From a bacterium (GTDB lineage Bacteria; Patescibacteriota; Minisyncoccia; UBA6257; WO2-44-18): a DNA stretch of 64,000 nt. Below are positions 18,371-28,261 of this stretch, in pieces; the first letter of the stretch is position 1; each line of letters starts with the position of its first letter. Below the pieces are notes generated by a model. The model was given only the letters and a program-made list of their open reading frames with translations, was not told where the DNA came from and searched no databases. Made by a program: the position numbers and the translations under genes. The stretch is taken from assembly GCA_023244815.1 (NCBI GenBank), contig JAHFLQ010000001.1, positions 31,037-95,036 of the forward strand, given 5' to 3'.

Positions 18371-19687
18371 ATGAACTTACTCGAAAAAATAGTTAATCTC
18401 TCTAAGCGTCGCGGATTCATATTTCCAGGATCCGAAATATACGGCGGTTTAGCTAATTCTTGGGATTATGGCCCGCTCGGCGCGGAGCTCAAAAAAAATA
18501 TTAAAGACGAGTGGTGGAAGCGGTTTGTCCATCAGCGCACCGACATGGTCGGCCTGGATGCCGCTTTGATGATGAATCCAAAGGTATGGGAGGCAAGCGG
18601 CCACGTCGCCGGTTTTTCCGACCCGCTAACGGAGTGCAAGAAATGCCACCATCGCTTTCGCGCCGATAAAGTGACCGGCAAAAAATGCCCTGACTGTGGT
18701 GGCGAGCTAACTGAGCCCAAGCAATTTAATTTAATGTTCCAGACTTTTATGGGGCCATCGCAGGAAAAATCCAGCGCGGTCTATCTGCGTCCGGAGACGG
18801 CACAGGCTATGTTCGTGGATTTCAAATCTATTTTGGAGACTACTCGCAAGCGTCTGCCGTTCGGTATCGCCCAAGTTGGCAAGGCCTTTCGCAACGAAAT
18901 AACCCCAGGCAATTTTATTTTCCGCACGCGCGAGTTCGAGCAAATGGAGATAGAGTATTTTGTCCGCCCGGATGAATGGGAAAAGTATTTTGAAAAATGG
19001 CTCAAAGAAATGAAGAAATGGCTCAAAGATTTGGGGGTTTCAGAAAAGAAACTGCACTATGCCGAAATTCCGGAAGGGGAGCGGGCGCACTACTCCAAGC
19101 GCACGGTGGATATTGAATATGATTATCCTTTTGGCAGAGAAGAACTCTATGGCCTAGCTTATCGCGGAGATTTTGATTTGCAAAATCATATGAAAGCAAG
19201 CGGACAGGATTTGAGTTATGCCGACCCGGAAAATCCCAAAGACAAATTTGTGCCGCACGTGATTGAACCGACCTGGGGCGTGGACCGCTCGGTGCTGGTG
19301 GCAATGCTGGAGGCTTACCATGAGGAAGAAGCACCGACGGCAGAAAAGGGCGAGAAGGAGCAGAGGACTGTGATGCGTTTCCCGAACTGGCTGGCGCCGA
19401 TTAAAGTCGCCGTTCTGCCGCTTTCCAAAAAGCCGGAGCTCGCGAAAATCGCCGAGCCCATCTACAAAGAGCTGACGCAAAAATTTGTCTGCGAATATGA
19501 CGAAACCCAGAGCATCGGCAAGCGCTACCGCCGCCAGGACGAGATCGGCACGCCGTATTGCGTGACGGTGGATTTTGACACCATTAAAGACAAAGCCGTT
19601 ACCGTGCGTGACCGCGACACGATGAAGCAGAAGCGGGTAAAGATTGCAAAGCTCGGAGGTTACCTAGGTGAGCAGTTGGCGAAATAA
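18371..19687 (+). CDS. glyQS: glycyl-tRNA synthetase (class II, dimeric GlyQS type)
   Basis: N-terminal RGFIFPGSEIYGGLANSWDYGPLG is the GlyRS hallmark. Class II motifs and a C-terminal anticodon-binding domain are present. Confidence 0.9.
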   Translation: MNLLEKIVNLSKRRGFIFPGSEIYGGLANSWDYGPLGAELKKNIKDEWWKRFVHQRTDMVGLDAALMMNPKVWEASGHVAGFSDPLTECKKCHHRFRADKVTGKKCPDCGGELTEPKQFNLMFQTFMGPSQEKSSAVYLRPETAQAMFVDFKSILETTRKRLPFGIAQVGKAFRNEITPGNFIFRTREFEQMEIEYFVRPDEWEKYFEKWLKEMKKWLKDLGVSEKKLHYAEIPEGERAHYSKRTVDIEYDYPFGREELYGLAYRGDFDLQNHMKASGQDLSYADPENPKDKFVPHVIEPTWGVDRSVLVAMLEAYHEEEAPTAEKGEKEQRTVMRFPNWLAPIKVAVLPLSKKPELAKIAEPIYKELTQKFVCEYDETQSIGKRYRRQDEIGTPYCVTVDFDTIKDKAVTVRDRDTMKQKRVKIAKLGGYLGEQLAK

Positions 19688-19715
19688 AAAATCCCCTTAT
19701 TCGTAGGGGGATTTT
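19686..19715. terminator. bidirectional rho-independent terminator
   Basis: AAAAAATCCCCttattcgtaGGGGGATTTT with A/T runs on both sides. Serves glyQS (+) and the convergent small membrane gene (-). Confidence 0.7.
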
Positions 19716-19720
19716 AGGTC

Positions 19721-20002
19721 TTACGAGTCGGCTGACGGCTTTTTCAGAGCCGTTCCTAATCGGCGAGCGCGGCCAAACCAACCCAAGGCCAGCAAGAAAA
19801 AAATCACCGAGAGGCATACAAAGTACCAGCTGATCCTTGGTCTTACCATGGCAGAAGAAAAAATGAGCAGGGAGATCACCACATTTGCCAATCCTATGGT
19901 CAAGAAGCTCATCGGTTCCTCAGGCCTCGCCTTAAGCATCAGGTACCAGCTTAAGACATAGCACGCCATGGCCGACCCAAACAGCGCATCCTCCAGTTCC
20001 AT
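19721..20002 (-). CDS. hypothetical small membrane protein (3 TM)
   Basis: GGGAG RBS 5 nt upstream of the ATG at 20002. Three hydrophobic helices. Convergent with glyQS. Confidence 0.45.
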   Translation of the reverse strand: MELEDALFGSAMACYVLSWYLMLKARPEEPMSFLTIGLANVVISLLIFSSAMVRPRISWYFVCLSVIFFLLALGWFGRARRLGTALKKPSADS

Positions 20003-20103
20003 CTGTCTCCCTACAATAAATGTACGTTACAGAGTTTATCACGGGGTTGTCAAAAGTCAAGTAGTACTGTCTTGGTAAGATAATTTTTGTTAAAATTACG
20101 CAT

Positions 20104-21375
20104 ATGGCCGAATTCCAAAAGAAAACCTTAAAAAATGGGCTTAGGGTAGTGATGATTCCCAGACCCGATAGTTTGTCGACTACGGTGTTGGTATTGGTGG
20201 AGGCCGGGTCCAAGTACGAAACTAAGAATATTAACGGCATCTCCCATTTTTTGGAGCACATGTGTTTTAAGGGGACGACCAAGCGGCCAAAAGCGATTGA
20301 TATTGCCGGCCAGCTTGACCGGATCGGTTCCGAATACAACGCCTTTACTTCGCAGGAATGGACCGGCTATTTTGCCAAAGCCGCGGCCAAGCATAACAGT
20401 ACGATTCTGGACGTGGTTTGCGATTTATATTTGAATCCGACACTCGATCCGGCAGAAATTGAAAAAGAAAAAGGCGTGGTGATCGAGGAACTGAATATGT
20501 ATGAAGATACGCCGCAAAGAAAGGTGCAGGATTTGTTTCTGGAGCTTGTCTACGGCGACCAGCCGGCCGGTTGGGACGTGGGCGGCAAGAAAGAAATTAT
20601 CCGCGCGCTCAATCGCGATAAAATTATTGATTATCGCAGCAAGCATTATGTTGGCAGGGCCACGGTAGTAGCGGTAGCGGGAAATTTTAACGAGAAAAAA
20701 ATGCTGGCGCAGATTGAAAAATGTTTTGCTAATGTCAGCGAAAAGAAAAAGTTCGGCAAAGTAAAAACAATTGAAAAGCAAACCAAGCCGGCAGTGCTGG
20801 TGCGCCACAAGGAGTCTGATCAAACCCATCTGGTAATTGGTTGCCGGGCGTTTGACCTTTTTGATCCCCGTAAGTACGCGCTGGAGGTTTTGGGCGACGT
20901 GTTGGGCGGGGGAATGAGCTCGCGGCTTTTCCAGCGCGTACGCGAACAGCTGGGGGCGGCTTATTATGTACGCGCCGGAGCGGACTTATCGACCGACCAC
21001 GGCCTTTTTGGCGTTTCTGCTGGCGTGGATCATAAAAAGCTCGAGGTGGTAATTAAGGCGATTCTGGATGAGCTGAATAGGTTGGCGAAGGGCGAGCTTG
21101 GCGACAGAGAGCTGGCCGATGCTAAAGACCATCTGACCGGAAAAATGATGTTGGGACTGGAAGGTTCGGACGAGCTGGCGATGTTCTATGGCGGCCAGGA
21201 GATTTTAGAGCGGGCAATGAAGACGCCAGCTGATGTAGTTACCGCTATAAACAAAGTTAAGGGAAAAGACGTTATATCAGTAGCGAGGGATATCTTTAAG
21301 GATGCCGGTCTAAATATGGCGTTAATTGGGCCATATAAGGACAAGGCCCCGTTCGCCAAGATTTTACATTTTTAA
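20104..21375 (+). CDS. M16 family (pitrilysin/insulinase-like) zinc peptidase
   Basis: Inverted zinc motif HxxEH (HFLEHMCFKGT) plus the downstream Glu. 423 aa. Confidence 0.8.
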   Translation: MAEFQKKTLKNGLRVVMIPRPDSLSTTVLVLVEAGSKYETKNINGISHFLEHMCFKGTTKRPKAIDIAGQLDRIGSEYNAFTSQEWTGYFAKAAAKHNSTILDVVCDLYLNPTLDPAEIEKEKGVVIEELNMYEDTPQRKVQDLFLELVYGDQPAGWDVGGKKEIIRALNRDKIIDYRSKHYVGRATVVAVAGNFNEKKMLAQIEKCFANVSEKKKFGKVKTIEKQTKPAVLVRHKESDQTHLVIGCRAFDLFDPRKYALEVLGDVLGGGMSSRLFQRVREQLGAAYYVRAGADLSTDHGLFGVSAGVDHKKLEVVIKAILDELNRLAKGELGDRELADAKDHLTGKMMLGLEGSDELAMFYGGQEILERAMKTPADVVTAINKVKGKDVISVARDIFKDAGLNMALIGPYKDKAPFAKILHF

Positions 21376-21397
21376 CAATTTATAGTTATATATAGGT

Positions 21398-21520
21398 AAT
21401 GCCTCCAGTTAGAGACAATCAAATGATGAATATGCGATTTATTAAAGCAATCACCACTTTTACTAATAACCGCTGTCGGGCGGTTGTGCTACGGTCGTCT
21501 AAGGACGACCGGTCTCTAAC
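21398..21520. repeat. diverged member of the GTTAGA-terminus palindromic repeat family
   Basis: cAGTTAGAGACa ... gGTCTCTAACg flank 105 bp that contains the internal hairpin CGGTCGTCtaagGACGACCG. The right end lies 3 nt before the ATG of the AI-2E gene. Confidence 0.4.
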
Positions 21521-21523
21521 GTA

Positions 21524-22543
21524 ATGGACCAGAAAGTTCCAAGTATTAGCTGGGGTAGCTTGTGGCGGGCCTTGTTTATGATCGTTTTAGCTGTCATTTT
21601 GTTTTTGGCGCGCGATATTCTATTATCGCTGTTTTTGGCTATTGTGATTTCTTCTGCCCTTGACCCGATTGTTACCTGGTTAGAGAAGAAAAAAATTCCG
21701 AGACTACTCAGCACCCTCGCCTTATACATAATCATCATCTTTTTAATTGCGCTCATCGCTTATGCTATTGTTCCGATCGCCCTTTCCGAATTTACCAATT
21801 TCTTGAGCAATATCGGGAAATATTCCGGCGCACTATTTAATGTTGTGAACACTTCTGGGCTGATCGAATCGGTGAATCAGGCGTTGGCTAAGGTTAGCAA
21901 CCTGCTCCTCTCCGGCAGCACCTCTCTTCTTGATGTGGGCAGTAAGTTTTTGGGCGGATTAGCCTCGGTTGTTTCTGTCTTTGTCCTTTCGTTTTATCTG
22001 ACTGTTGGCAAAGACGGCGTAGGGCGATTTTTAGTCACTATCTTGCCTTCGGCCTATGAATCAAAGGTAATCGGATTGTACGAAAGGATAAAAAAGAAAA
22101 TGGGCAATTGGCTGGCTGGCCAATTGGTCTTGAGTGGCGTTTTCGGACTGATGGTTTACATTGGCCTTACCATTTTGGGGGTTAAATACAGTCTGCTTTT
22201 AGGCGTTCTGGCCGGTATTCTTGAGCTGGTTCCTTTTGTTGGTCCGATTTTCAGTGGCAGCGTTGCCGTTTTAGTTGGGCTGACCGGCTCAGTTCAGCTC
22301 GCTTTTTACACGCTAATCTTTTTCATTATTCTTCAACAATTAGAGGGGCACTTATTAGTGCCGGCAGTTAGCAAATTTTCCACTGACCTTGATTCGGTGG
22401 TAGTACTGGTTTCGATTTTAATCGGAGCCAAAGTTTTTGGCATTATAGGTTTAGTCTTGGCAGTGCCGGCAGCGGTGCTTTTGCAGGAATTGGTGGAAGA
22501 CTGGTCTCAAGCTAAAGCCCGAAGGCGTGGACTTGGACTCTAA
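21524..22543 (+). CDS. AI-2E family transporter (UPF0118/PerM-like)
   Basis: 8 TM. Conserved region WLAGQLVLSGVFGLMVYIGLTILGV...ELVPFVGPIF. Confidence 0.8.
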   Translation: MDQKVPSISWGSLWRALFMIVLAVILFLARDILLSLFLAIVISSALDPIVTWLEKKKIPRLLSTLALYIIIIFLIALIAYAIVPIALSEFTNFLSNIGKYSGALFNVVNTSGLIESVNQALAKVSNLLLSGSTSLLDVGSKFLGGLASVVSVFVLSFYLTVGKDGVGRFLVTILPSAYESKVIGLYERIKKKMGNWLAGQLVLSGVFGLMVYIGLTILGVKYSLLLGVLAGILELVPFVGPIFSGSVAVLVGLTGSVQLAFYTLIFFIILQQLEGHLLVPAVSKFSTDLDSVVVLVSILIGAKVFGIIGLVLAVPAAVLLQELVEDWSQAKARRRGLGL

Positions 22544-22575
22544 AACCGCTATAATGACATAGCGGTTTTTAATTT

Positions 22576-24027
22576 ATGAACAAATTCTATATTACAACTT
22601 CAATTCCTTATGTGAATTCTGCTCCCCACCTGGGGAACGTTTTGGATTCTTTATACGCGGATGTACTGGCGCGTTACAAGCGCCAGCGCGGATTTGACGT
22701 CCGTTTTTTGACCGGATCGGATGAACACGGGGCTAAAATTATCCGGAGCGCGGCAGCGGCGGGATTAACTCCAAAAGAATTTGTTGATAAAAATTCAGCG
22801 GAATTTCGCAGTCTCAAGGAGACATTAAATTTATCTTGGGACGATTTTATTCGCACCAGCGATCGGGAGCGGCATTGGCCGGGGACGGAAAAATTTTGGA
22901 AAAAATTAGAAGAAGCAGGGGATTTGCATAAAAAAATATACAAAGGATTATACTGCGTTGGCCACGAGGCTTTTGTGACAGAGAAGGACTTAGAGAATGG
23001 TAATTGCAAAGACCATCAGAGGAAGCCGGAAATTATCGAAGAGGAGAACTGGTTTTTCAAGCTCTCCAAGTATTCCAAAGAAATCTACAAGCAGATTATT
23101 ACCGACAAGTTCAAAATCTTTCCGGAAACGCGCAAAAACGAAATCCTCTCACTGTTGGAGACCGGACTTGAAGACGTCAGTTTTTCCCGGCCCAGCAAAG
23201 ATTTAAACTGGGGCGTGCCGGTGCCGGGCGATTCGACGCAAACTATGTATGTCTGGGCGGAAGCCCTGGCCAGCTACATTTCCTCTCTGGGATACGGGAG
23301 CAAAAATGAATCGATGTTTGCAAAGTATTGGCCGGCAGATGTGCAGATAATCGGCAAAGATAATCTGCGGTTTCATGCCGCTATCTGGCCGGGAATGCTG
23401 CTCGCGGCTGGCTTACCTCTGCCTATATCTCTTTTTGTGCACGGATTTTTGACCGTGGACGGGCAGAAGATATCAAAAACTGTCGGCAACGTAATCGATC
23501 CGGTCGAGCTGGTTAAGAAATACGGCACCGATGCCGTACGTTATTATTTGCTGAAAGAGATTTCTCCATTTGAAGATGGCGATTTCAGCTATGAAAAATT
23601 CGAACAGCTTTATAACGGCGACTTGGCCAACGGCCTTGGTAATTTCGTCGCCCGCGTTTTGACTGTCGGGGAAAAGGCGGGCGAATTTGACCCAGCTCTG
23701 GAGAAGAAATTACCAAAAGAAATTTTAACCAAAATAGAATTAGTGAAAAAGGCAGTTGACGAAAAGCTGGACCAATTTAAATTAAACGAAGCACTCGTGG
23801 CGGTTTGGGAATTGGTTCATTATGGTGACAGTTATGTTAATACCCGGAAGCTTTGGGAAGGAGATAAAAAACAAGAAATCTTCAACACGCTAACTTTGCT
23901 GGACAACCTTGCGGCTATTCTTCGGCCATTTTTGCCGGAAACCGCAAAGAAAATTACCGATAGCATCTGCTGGACCAATAATCAATTAGAAATAAAAAAG
24001 TCCGCGGTTTTGTTTCCGAGGGTATGA
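22576..24027 (+). CDS. metG: methionyl-tRNA synthetase (short, no C-terminal tRNA-binding extension)
   Basis: HIGH region (PHLGNV), KMSKS variant KISKTVGN, anticodon-binding helical domain. No Cys4 zinc knuckle is obvious. Confidence 0.9.
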   Translation: MNKFYITTSIPYVNSAPHLGNVLDSLYADVLARYKRQRGFDVRFLTGSDEHGAKIIRSAAAAGLTPKEFVDKNSAEFRSLKETLNLSWDDFIRTSDRERHWPGTEKFWKKLEEAGDLHKKIYKGLYCVGHEAFVTEKDLENGNCKDHQRKPEIIEEENWFFKLSKYSKEIYKQIITDKFKIFPETRKNEILSLLETGLEDVSFSRPSKDLNWGVPVPGDSTQTMYVWAEALASYISSLGYGSKNESMFAKYWPADVQIIGKDNLRFHAAIWPGMLLAAGLPLPISLFVHGFLTVDGQKISKTVGNVIDPVELVKKYGTDAVRYYLLKEISPFEDGDFSYEKFEQLYNGDLANGLGNFVARVLTVGEKAGEFDPALEKKLPKEILTKIELVKKAVDEKLDQFKLNEALVAVWELVHYGDSYVNTRKLWEGDKKQEIFNTLTLLDNLAAILRPFLPETAKKITDSICWTNNQLEIKKSAVLFPRV

Positions 24028-24866
24028 TTTTTGACGTTCACACTCATATCCATTTCCCTGCCTACGACCAAGATAGAGCCGAAGTTTTAAAACGTGCCAA
24101 CGAATGCGGAGTTAAGATGATCTGTGTCGGGACGCAGGCCTCAACTTCGGAGTCTGCAATCAAACTGGCAGAAAAAAACCCAAACGATATATGGGCAACA
24201 GTCGGATTTCACCCGAACCACCTCGCCGAAGAATGGTACTACGACAAGAAAGAGCAATCTGCCGACTCGCCGGAGAAATTTGACATTGATCGCCTGCGGG
24301 AGCTTGCGGAGAATCCGAAAGTCGTTGCGATCGGAGAGTGCGGACTGGATTATTACCGGTTACCAGCTAATAACCAAGAACTAATAACTAATAACAAGAA
24401 ACGGCAAAGGGATGTTTTTAGCCAGCAAATCCAACTAGCGCTTTCGTCGACGAAGGCGCTGATGATTCACTCGCGACCATCAAAAGGAACGGACGACGCA
24501 TATGAGGACACTCTCAATCTCGTTGCTTCATTTAAAGCGCTACCGCCGGCGGTAGCGCACTTTTATGTTGGTTCGCTCGCTATTACAAAACGGCTTTTGG
24601 ATGCCGGATTTTATTTCACGTTTGGTGGTGTGATCACTTTTTCTCGCGATTATGACGAGATTTTAAAATATATTCCGCTCGATAGGATATTGCTTGAAAC
24701 CGACGCGCCGTATGTGGCGCCCGCACTATACCGCGGCCGTCGCAATGAACCGGCCTATATTGTCGAAACTGCCAAAGCGCTTGCGCAAATTAAGAACGTC
24801 AGTTTTGAAGAAGTCTCGCAACAGACAACCGTAAACGCTTTAAAAAATTTTCGTATTAGTATATAG
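24024..24866 (+). CDS. tatD: TatD family metal-dependent DNase/hydrolase
   Basis: N-terminal FDVHTHIHF, His/Asp/Glu metal ligands throughout. 4-nt overlap with metG. Confidence 0.85.
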   Translation: MIFDVHTHIHFPAYDQDRAEVLKRANECGVKMICVGTQASTSESAIKLAEKNPNDIWATVGFHPNHLAEEWYYDKKEQSADSPEKFDIDRLRELAENPKVVAIGECGLDYYRLPANNQELITNNKKRQRDVFSQQIQLALSSTKALMIHSRPSKGTDDAYEDTLNLVASFKALPPAVAHFYVGSLAITKRLLDAGFYFTFGGVITFSRDYDEILKYIPLDRILLETDAPYVAPALYRGRRNEPAYIVETAKALAQIKNVSFEEVSQQTTVNALKNFRISI

Positions 24867-24896
24867 TTTTACTAGTTATTTAAAAAGGAGGCGCAG

Positions 24897-25280
24897 GTGA
24901 TTAACTCGGCCAAGCTCCAGGAAGTGATTGCCAAATTGTCCGCCATGACCAAGAAGAAAGAAATCGAGTGGTCTGGTGGCGACCTGATCGCTTGGCAGTG
25001 CAATTTAAAGGGCTCTTGTATTTACGTCTGGTGGTATCAGGATGGCAAGCCCAATATTTCGATCAACGACGCAAATGCCGAAGGATACGACCTTGGTATC
25101 CACGAACTGTTAGTTGAAATCCGCAAGCAAAAAGAGCCGCCGAATTTCAAGGAATTGATCAAGCGAGGAGAAAACGATAAGACTCGAATTGCCGCAGAGA
25201 AAGCCATGGCGATGAATGCGGAAGTCGAGAAGTTTTTGGCTACTGCACCCAAACAAAAACCCAAACGCAAAAGCCGCTGA
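24897..25280 (+). CDS. hypothetical protein
   Basis: AAAAGGAGG RBS, GTG start, 127 aa with a Lys-rich C-terminus. Followed by a terminator. Confidence 0.5.
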   Translation: MINSAKLQEVIAKLSAMTKKKEIEWSGGDLIAWQCNLKGSCIYVWWYQDGKPNISINDANAEGYDLGIHELLVEIRKQKEPPNFKELIKRGENDKTRIAAEKAMAMNAEVEKFLATAPKQKPKRKSR

Positions 25281-25296
25281 AAAGCGGCTTTTTTTA
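25268..25296 (+). terminator. rho-independent terminator
   Basis: AAAAGCCGCTgaaaAGCGGCTTTTTTT. The stop codon lies inside the stem. Confidence 0.7.
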
Positions 25297-25313
25297 TTGA
25301 GCGAAGCGAAACC

Positions 25314-25345
25314 CCGTTAGATTGCAGCCTCGATCTAACAGGGTA
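25314..25345. repeat. minimal copy of palindromic repeat family (termini only)
   Basis: CCCCGTTAGAT tgcagcctcg ATCTAACAGGG: the two family termini separated by only 10 bp. Nested inside a second inverted repeat (GAGCGAAGCGAAA / GCTTTGTCGCTTTGCTTC). Lies 58 bp upstream of the leuS start. Confidence 0.5.
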
Positions 25346-25402
25346 GCTCTTAATTCTAGATAAGCTTTGTCGCTTTGCTTCAAATCTTATAGAATTAAGG
25401 CA

Positions 25403-27721
25403 ATGGCAAAGTACGATTTCAAAAAGATTGAAAAAAAGTGGCAGAAAATCTGGGCAAAAAATAACTATAAAATCTGGCACGCAGATGATTCCGGCAAGAA
25501 AAAAGCCTATGTGCTGGATATGTTTCCTTACCCGTCCGGCGACGGTTTGCATGTTGGACACGTGGAGGGGTATACCGCCTCCGACATTTACAGCCGATTT
25601 TTGCGGATGAACGGCCATAATGTACTCCATCCGATGGGCTGGGACGCTTTTGGTTTGCCGGCGGAAAATTATGCCATTAAAAAGAAAATCCACCCGAGCT
25701 TGGTAGTAAAAAACAATGTCAAGAATTTTACCCGCCAGTTAAATAGTCTGGGGTTTAGTTACGATTGGCAGAGAGAAATCAATACCACCGACCCACATTA
25801 TTACAGATGGACGCAGTGGATTTTTCTCCAGCTTTTCAAAAGGGGGCTAGCCTACGAAGCGGAGATACCGGTCAATTGGTGCCCGTCGGATAAAACCGTG
25901 CTGGCCAATGAAGAAGTAACGGAAGGATGCTGCGAGCGGTGCGGGTCCAGAGTTGAGCGGCGCCAGTTAAAGCAATGGATTTTGAAAATTACCGCCTATG
26001 CCGATCGATTGCTCACGGATTTGGAGGAGTTGAATTGGCCGGAGAAAGTTAAAGAAATGCAGAAAAACTGGATCGGCCGTTCCGAAGGAGCGTTGATCAA
26101 ATTTCATCTTGTTTGTGATCGAGTTTGTACCGAAGACGACGTCGAAGTTTTTACCACTCGCGCCGACACGCTGGCCGGCGCGACCTATCTAGTACTCGCT
26201 CCCGAGCACCCGTCAATCCAGAAGCTGGAATCTAGAATTCAGAATCTAGAATCAGTCAGGAAGTATATCGAACAAGCAAAAAACAAAAGCGAAAGAGAGC
26301 GGCAGGAAAATAAAGAAAAAACCGGGGTGGAGCTGAAAGGTATTCGGGCGGCCAATCCGATCAATGGAAAAGAAATTCCGGTTTGGATTTCCGACTATGT
26401 TCTGGTTCATTACGGTACCGGCGCGATCATGGCCGTGCCGCAGCACGACGAGCGCGATAAAGAATTTGCCACGAAATTTCATCTGCCGATTATTGATGAG
26501 CCGCTGATTCCAAAAGAGGAAGTGGTTGCCAAGGTTGGCGGTAAAAGAACAGTTAATTATAAATTGCGCGACTGGATCTTTTCCCGTCAGCGTTATTGGG
26601 GCGAGCCGATTCCGATTATCAAATGCGAACAATGCGGCAATCAGCCGGTGCCGGAAAAGGACTTGCCGGTTGAACTGCCTAAAGTTAAGAATTACGAACC
26701 GACTGGCAATGCCGAGTCGCCGTTAGCGGGGATTAAGAGTTGGGTTAATGTAAAATGCCCGAATTGCCAAGGACCAGCGAAGCGCGAGACTAATACTATG
26801 CCCCAATGGGCAGGATCCTGCTGGTATTATTTGCGCTATCTTGATCTCACAAATAAAAAAATACTCGTTGATCCAAAAAAAGAGAAGCACTGGATGCCGG
26901 TGGATCTTTACATCGGCGGCGTTGAACATGCGGTGCTTCATCTTTTATACGCTCGTTTTTGGCACAAAGTTTTATTTGATATCGGTGCGGCTTCCACGAA
27001 AGAACCTTTTACAAAGTTAGTGAATCAAGGATTGATTCTCGGGCCGGATGGCCAGAAGATGTCCAAATCGCGCGGCAATGTGGTTAATCCCGACGACATG
27101 GTTAAGGAATTCGGCGCCGATTCGCTCCGGCTGTACGAGATGTTTATGGGACCGTTAGAGGATGCCAAGCCGTGGGATCCCCGAGGGATTGTCGGCCTCT
27201 ACCGTTTTTTGGCCAGGGCATATAATCTTTTTTCCGTAGTAGCGAAAGGAGCGAAGTCCAGCGAAGCCGCGATTAAATTACTTAACAAAACGATCAAGAA
27301 GGTTAGCGAAGATATTCAGAGTTTCCATTTCAATACGGCAATTTCCGCCATGATGATTTTATTAAATGAAATGGAAAAATCAGGCGTTGGGCCAGTAGAG
27401 CTGGCCGTGCTGGCTAGAATGCTCTCACCATTCGCGCCTCACCTCGCGCAGGAGTGCTGGTCGCTACTCGGTAAAAAGTCCTTGCTAGACTATGAGCAAT
27501 GGCCGGCTTGGGACGAATCGTTAGTTGCCGAAGAAATTTTCGAACTGCTCATTCAAATCAACGGCAAGATGCGGCACAAAACGGTTGTGAAAAAGGGAAT
27601 TGGCCAGAGAGAAGCAGAAGCGCAGGCGCTCCAGCATCCGGAAATCAAAAAGTGGCTAAAGGGCAAACAACCGCAGAAGGTTATCTTCGTTAAAGACCGC
27701 TTGATTAATTTTATAGTTTAG
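25403..27721 (+). CDS. leuS: leucyl-tRNA synthetase
   Basis: HIGH (HVGHVEGY), KMSKS (KMSKSRGN), CP1 editing and zinc-binding inserts. Start taken at MAKYDFKKIEKKWQ. Confidence 0.9.
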   Translation: MAKYDFKKIEKKWQKIWAKNNYKIWHADDSGKKKAYVLDMFPYPSGDGLHVGHVEGYTASDIYSRFLRMNGHNVLHPMGWDAFGLPAENYAIKKKIHPSLVVKNNVKNFTRQLNSLGFSYDWQREINTTDPHYYRWTQWIFLQLFKRGLAYEAEIPVNWCPSDKTVLANEEVTEGCCERCGSRVERRQLKQWILKITAYADRLLTDLEELNWPEKVKEMQKNWIGRSEGALIKFHLVCDRVCTEDDVEVFTTRADTLAGATYLVLAPEHPSIQKLESRIQNLESVRKYIEQAKNKSERERQENKEKTGVELKGIRAANPINGKEIPVWISDYVLVHYGTGAIMAVPQHDERDKEFATKFHLPIIDEPLIPKEEVVAKVGGKRTVNYKLRDWIFSRQRYWGEPIPIIKCEQCGNQPVPEKDLPVELPKVKNYEPTGNAESPLAGIKSWVNVKCPNCQGPAKRETNTMPQWAGSCWYYLRYLDLTNKKILVDPKKEKHWMPVDLYIGGVEHAVLHLLYARFWHKVLFDIGAASTKEPFTKLVNQGLILGPDGQKMSKSRGNVVNPDDMVKEFGADSLRLYEMFMGPLEDAKPWDPRGIVGLYRFLARAYNLFSVVAKGAKSSEAAIKLLNKTIKKVSEDIQSFHFNTAISAMMILLNEMEKSGVGPVELAVLARMLSPFAPHLAQECWSLLGKKSLLDYEQWPAWDESLVAEEIFELLIQINGKMRHKTVVKKGIGQREAEAQALQHPEIKKWLKGKQPQKVIFVKDRLINFIV

Positions 27722-27759
27722 GGTATAGTATAGACAGATTTTTGAAATTGAGGTGCTTT

Positions 27760-28011
27760 GTGGGAGTTTGGTCGTTCAAGACATGTGGGTTTTGCCAAGG
27801 CACTGGGGTCAATGTGCCGAGGGCTAAATATGAACAGTGGCAGAGACTGTTTAAGAGCTTAATCACTAAGGCCGTGCAGAGAGGCGACTCCCGCCTGGTG
27901 TATGACCGGACCAGGAATCGCCTGGAAAAGATTTTGAAATCACGACCCCCATGCTCTTTTTGTAACGGTACAGGTGCATACAATAAAAAAGAAGCCGATG
28001 AAGAAATTTAG
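27760..28011 (+). CDS. small zinc-ribbon protein with two CxxCxGxG (DnaJ-type zinc finger-like) motifs
   Basis: CGFCQGTG and CSFCNGTG motifs. A GAGGTG RBS precedes the GTG at 27760; an upstream TTG at 27742 is the alternative. Confidence 0.4.
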   Translation: MGVWSFKTCGFCQGTGVNVPRAKYEQWQRLFKSLITKAVQRGDSRLVYDRTRNRLEKILKSRPPCSFCNGTGAYNKKEADEEI

Positions 28012-28098
28012 CCGCATTGCGCATAGTGCGGCTTTTTTAATTGCTGGCTCAAAATTTTCAATCCGTAGGAGTGGAAAATTTTGCAAGCAGCAATATAA

Positions 28099-28203
28099 TC
28101 CCGTTAGATGCGGGGAAGGTAATATAATTAATTTAATTCGTTATTTGTTAACCAATATACCAATTTAGCCAAAACTTTGATTGGCCGCTATCTAACGGGA
28201 TGC
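28099..28203. repeat. palindromic repeat element copy B (inverted relative to copy A)
   Basis: The reverse complement begins CCCGTTAGATAGCGGCCAATC (20/20 identical to copy A) and ends CCCCGCATCTAACGGGAT. Its AT-rich interior is unrelated to A. Lies 57 bp upstream of glmS. Confidence 0.6.
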
Positions 28204-28209
28204 TCGTAA

Positions 28210-28258
28210 TCTTATAAATTTCGCGCTTGCGTACGCAAGCTAAAATTTATAAGATTAC
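28210..28258 (+). promoter_or_regulatory. large perfect hairpin immediately upstream of glmS start
   Basis: 13-bp arms ATCTTATAAATTT / AAATTTATAAGAT enclose the 16-bp palindrome GCTTGCGTACGCAAGC. Ends 4 nt before the glmS ATG. Confidence 0.35.
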
Positions 28259-28261
28259 GGC

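Noticed and set aside
26211-26260. Direct repeat GAATCTAGAAT x2 inside leuS
   Set aside because: It is in-frame coding sequence (LESRIQNLES) within an insertion of the LeuS editing region. It is only two copies and is likely ordinary low-complexity coding sequence.
28210-28258. glmS ribozyme upstream of glmS
   Set aside because: The glmS ribozyme is about 170 nt with a conserved pseudoknotted core. Here only a simple 49-bp perfect hairpin is present, and it partly follows a mobile-type repeat.
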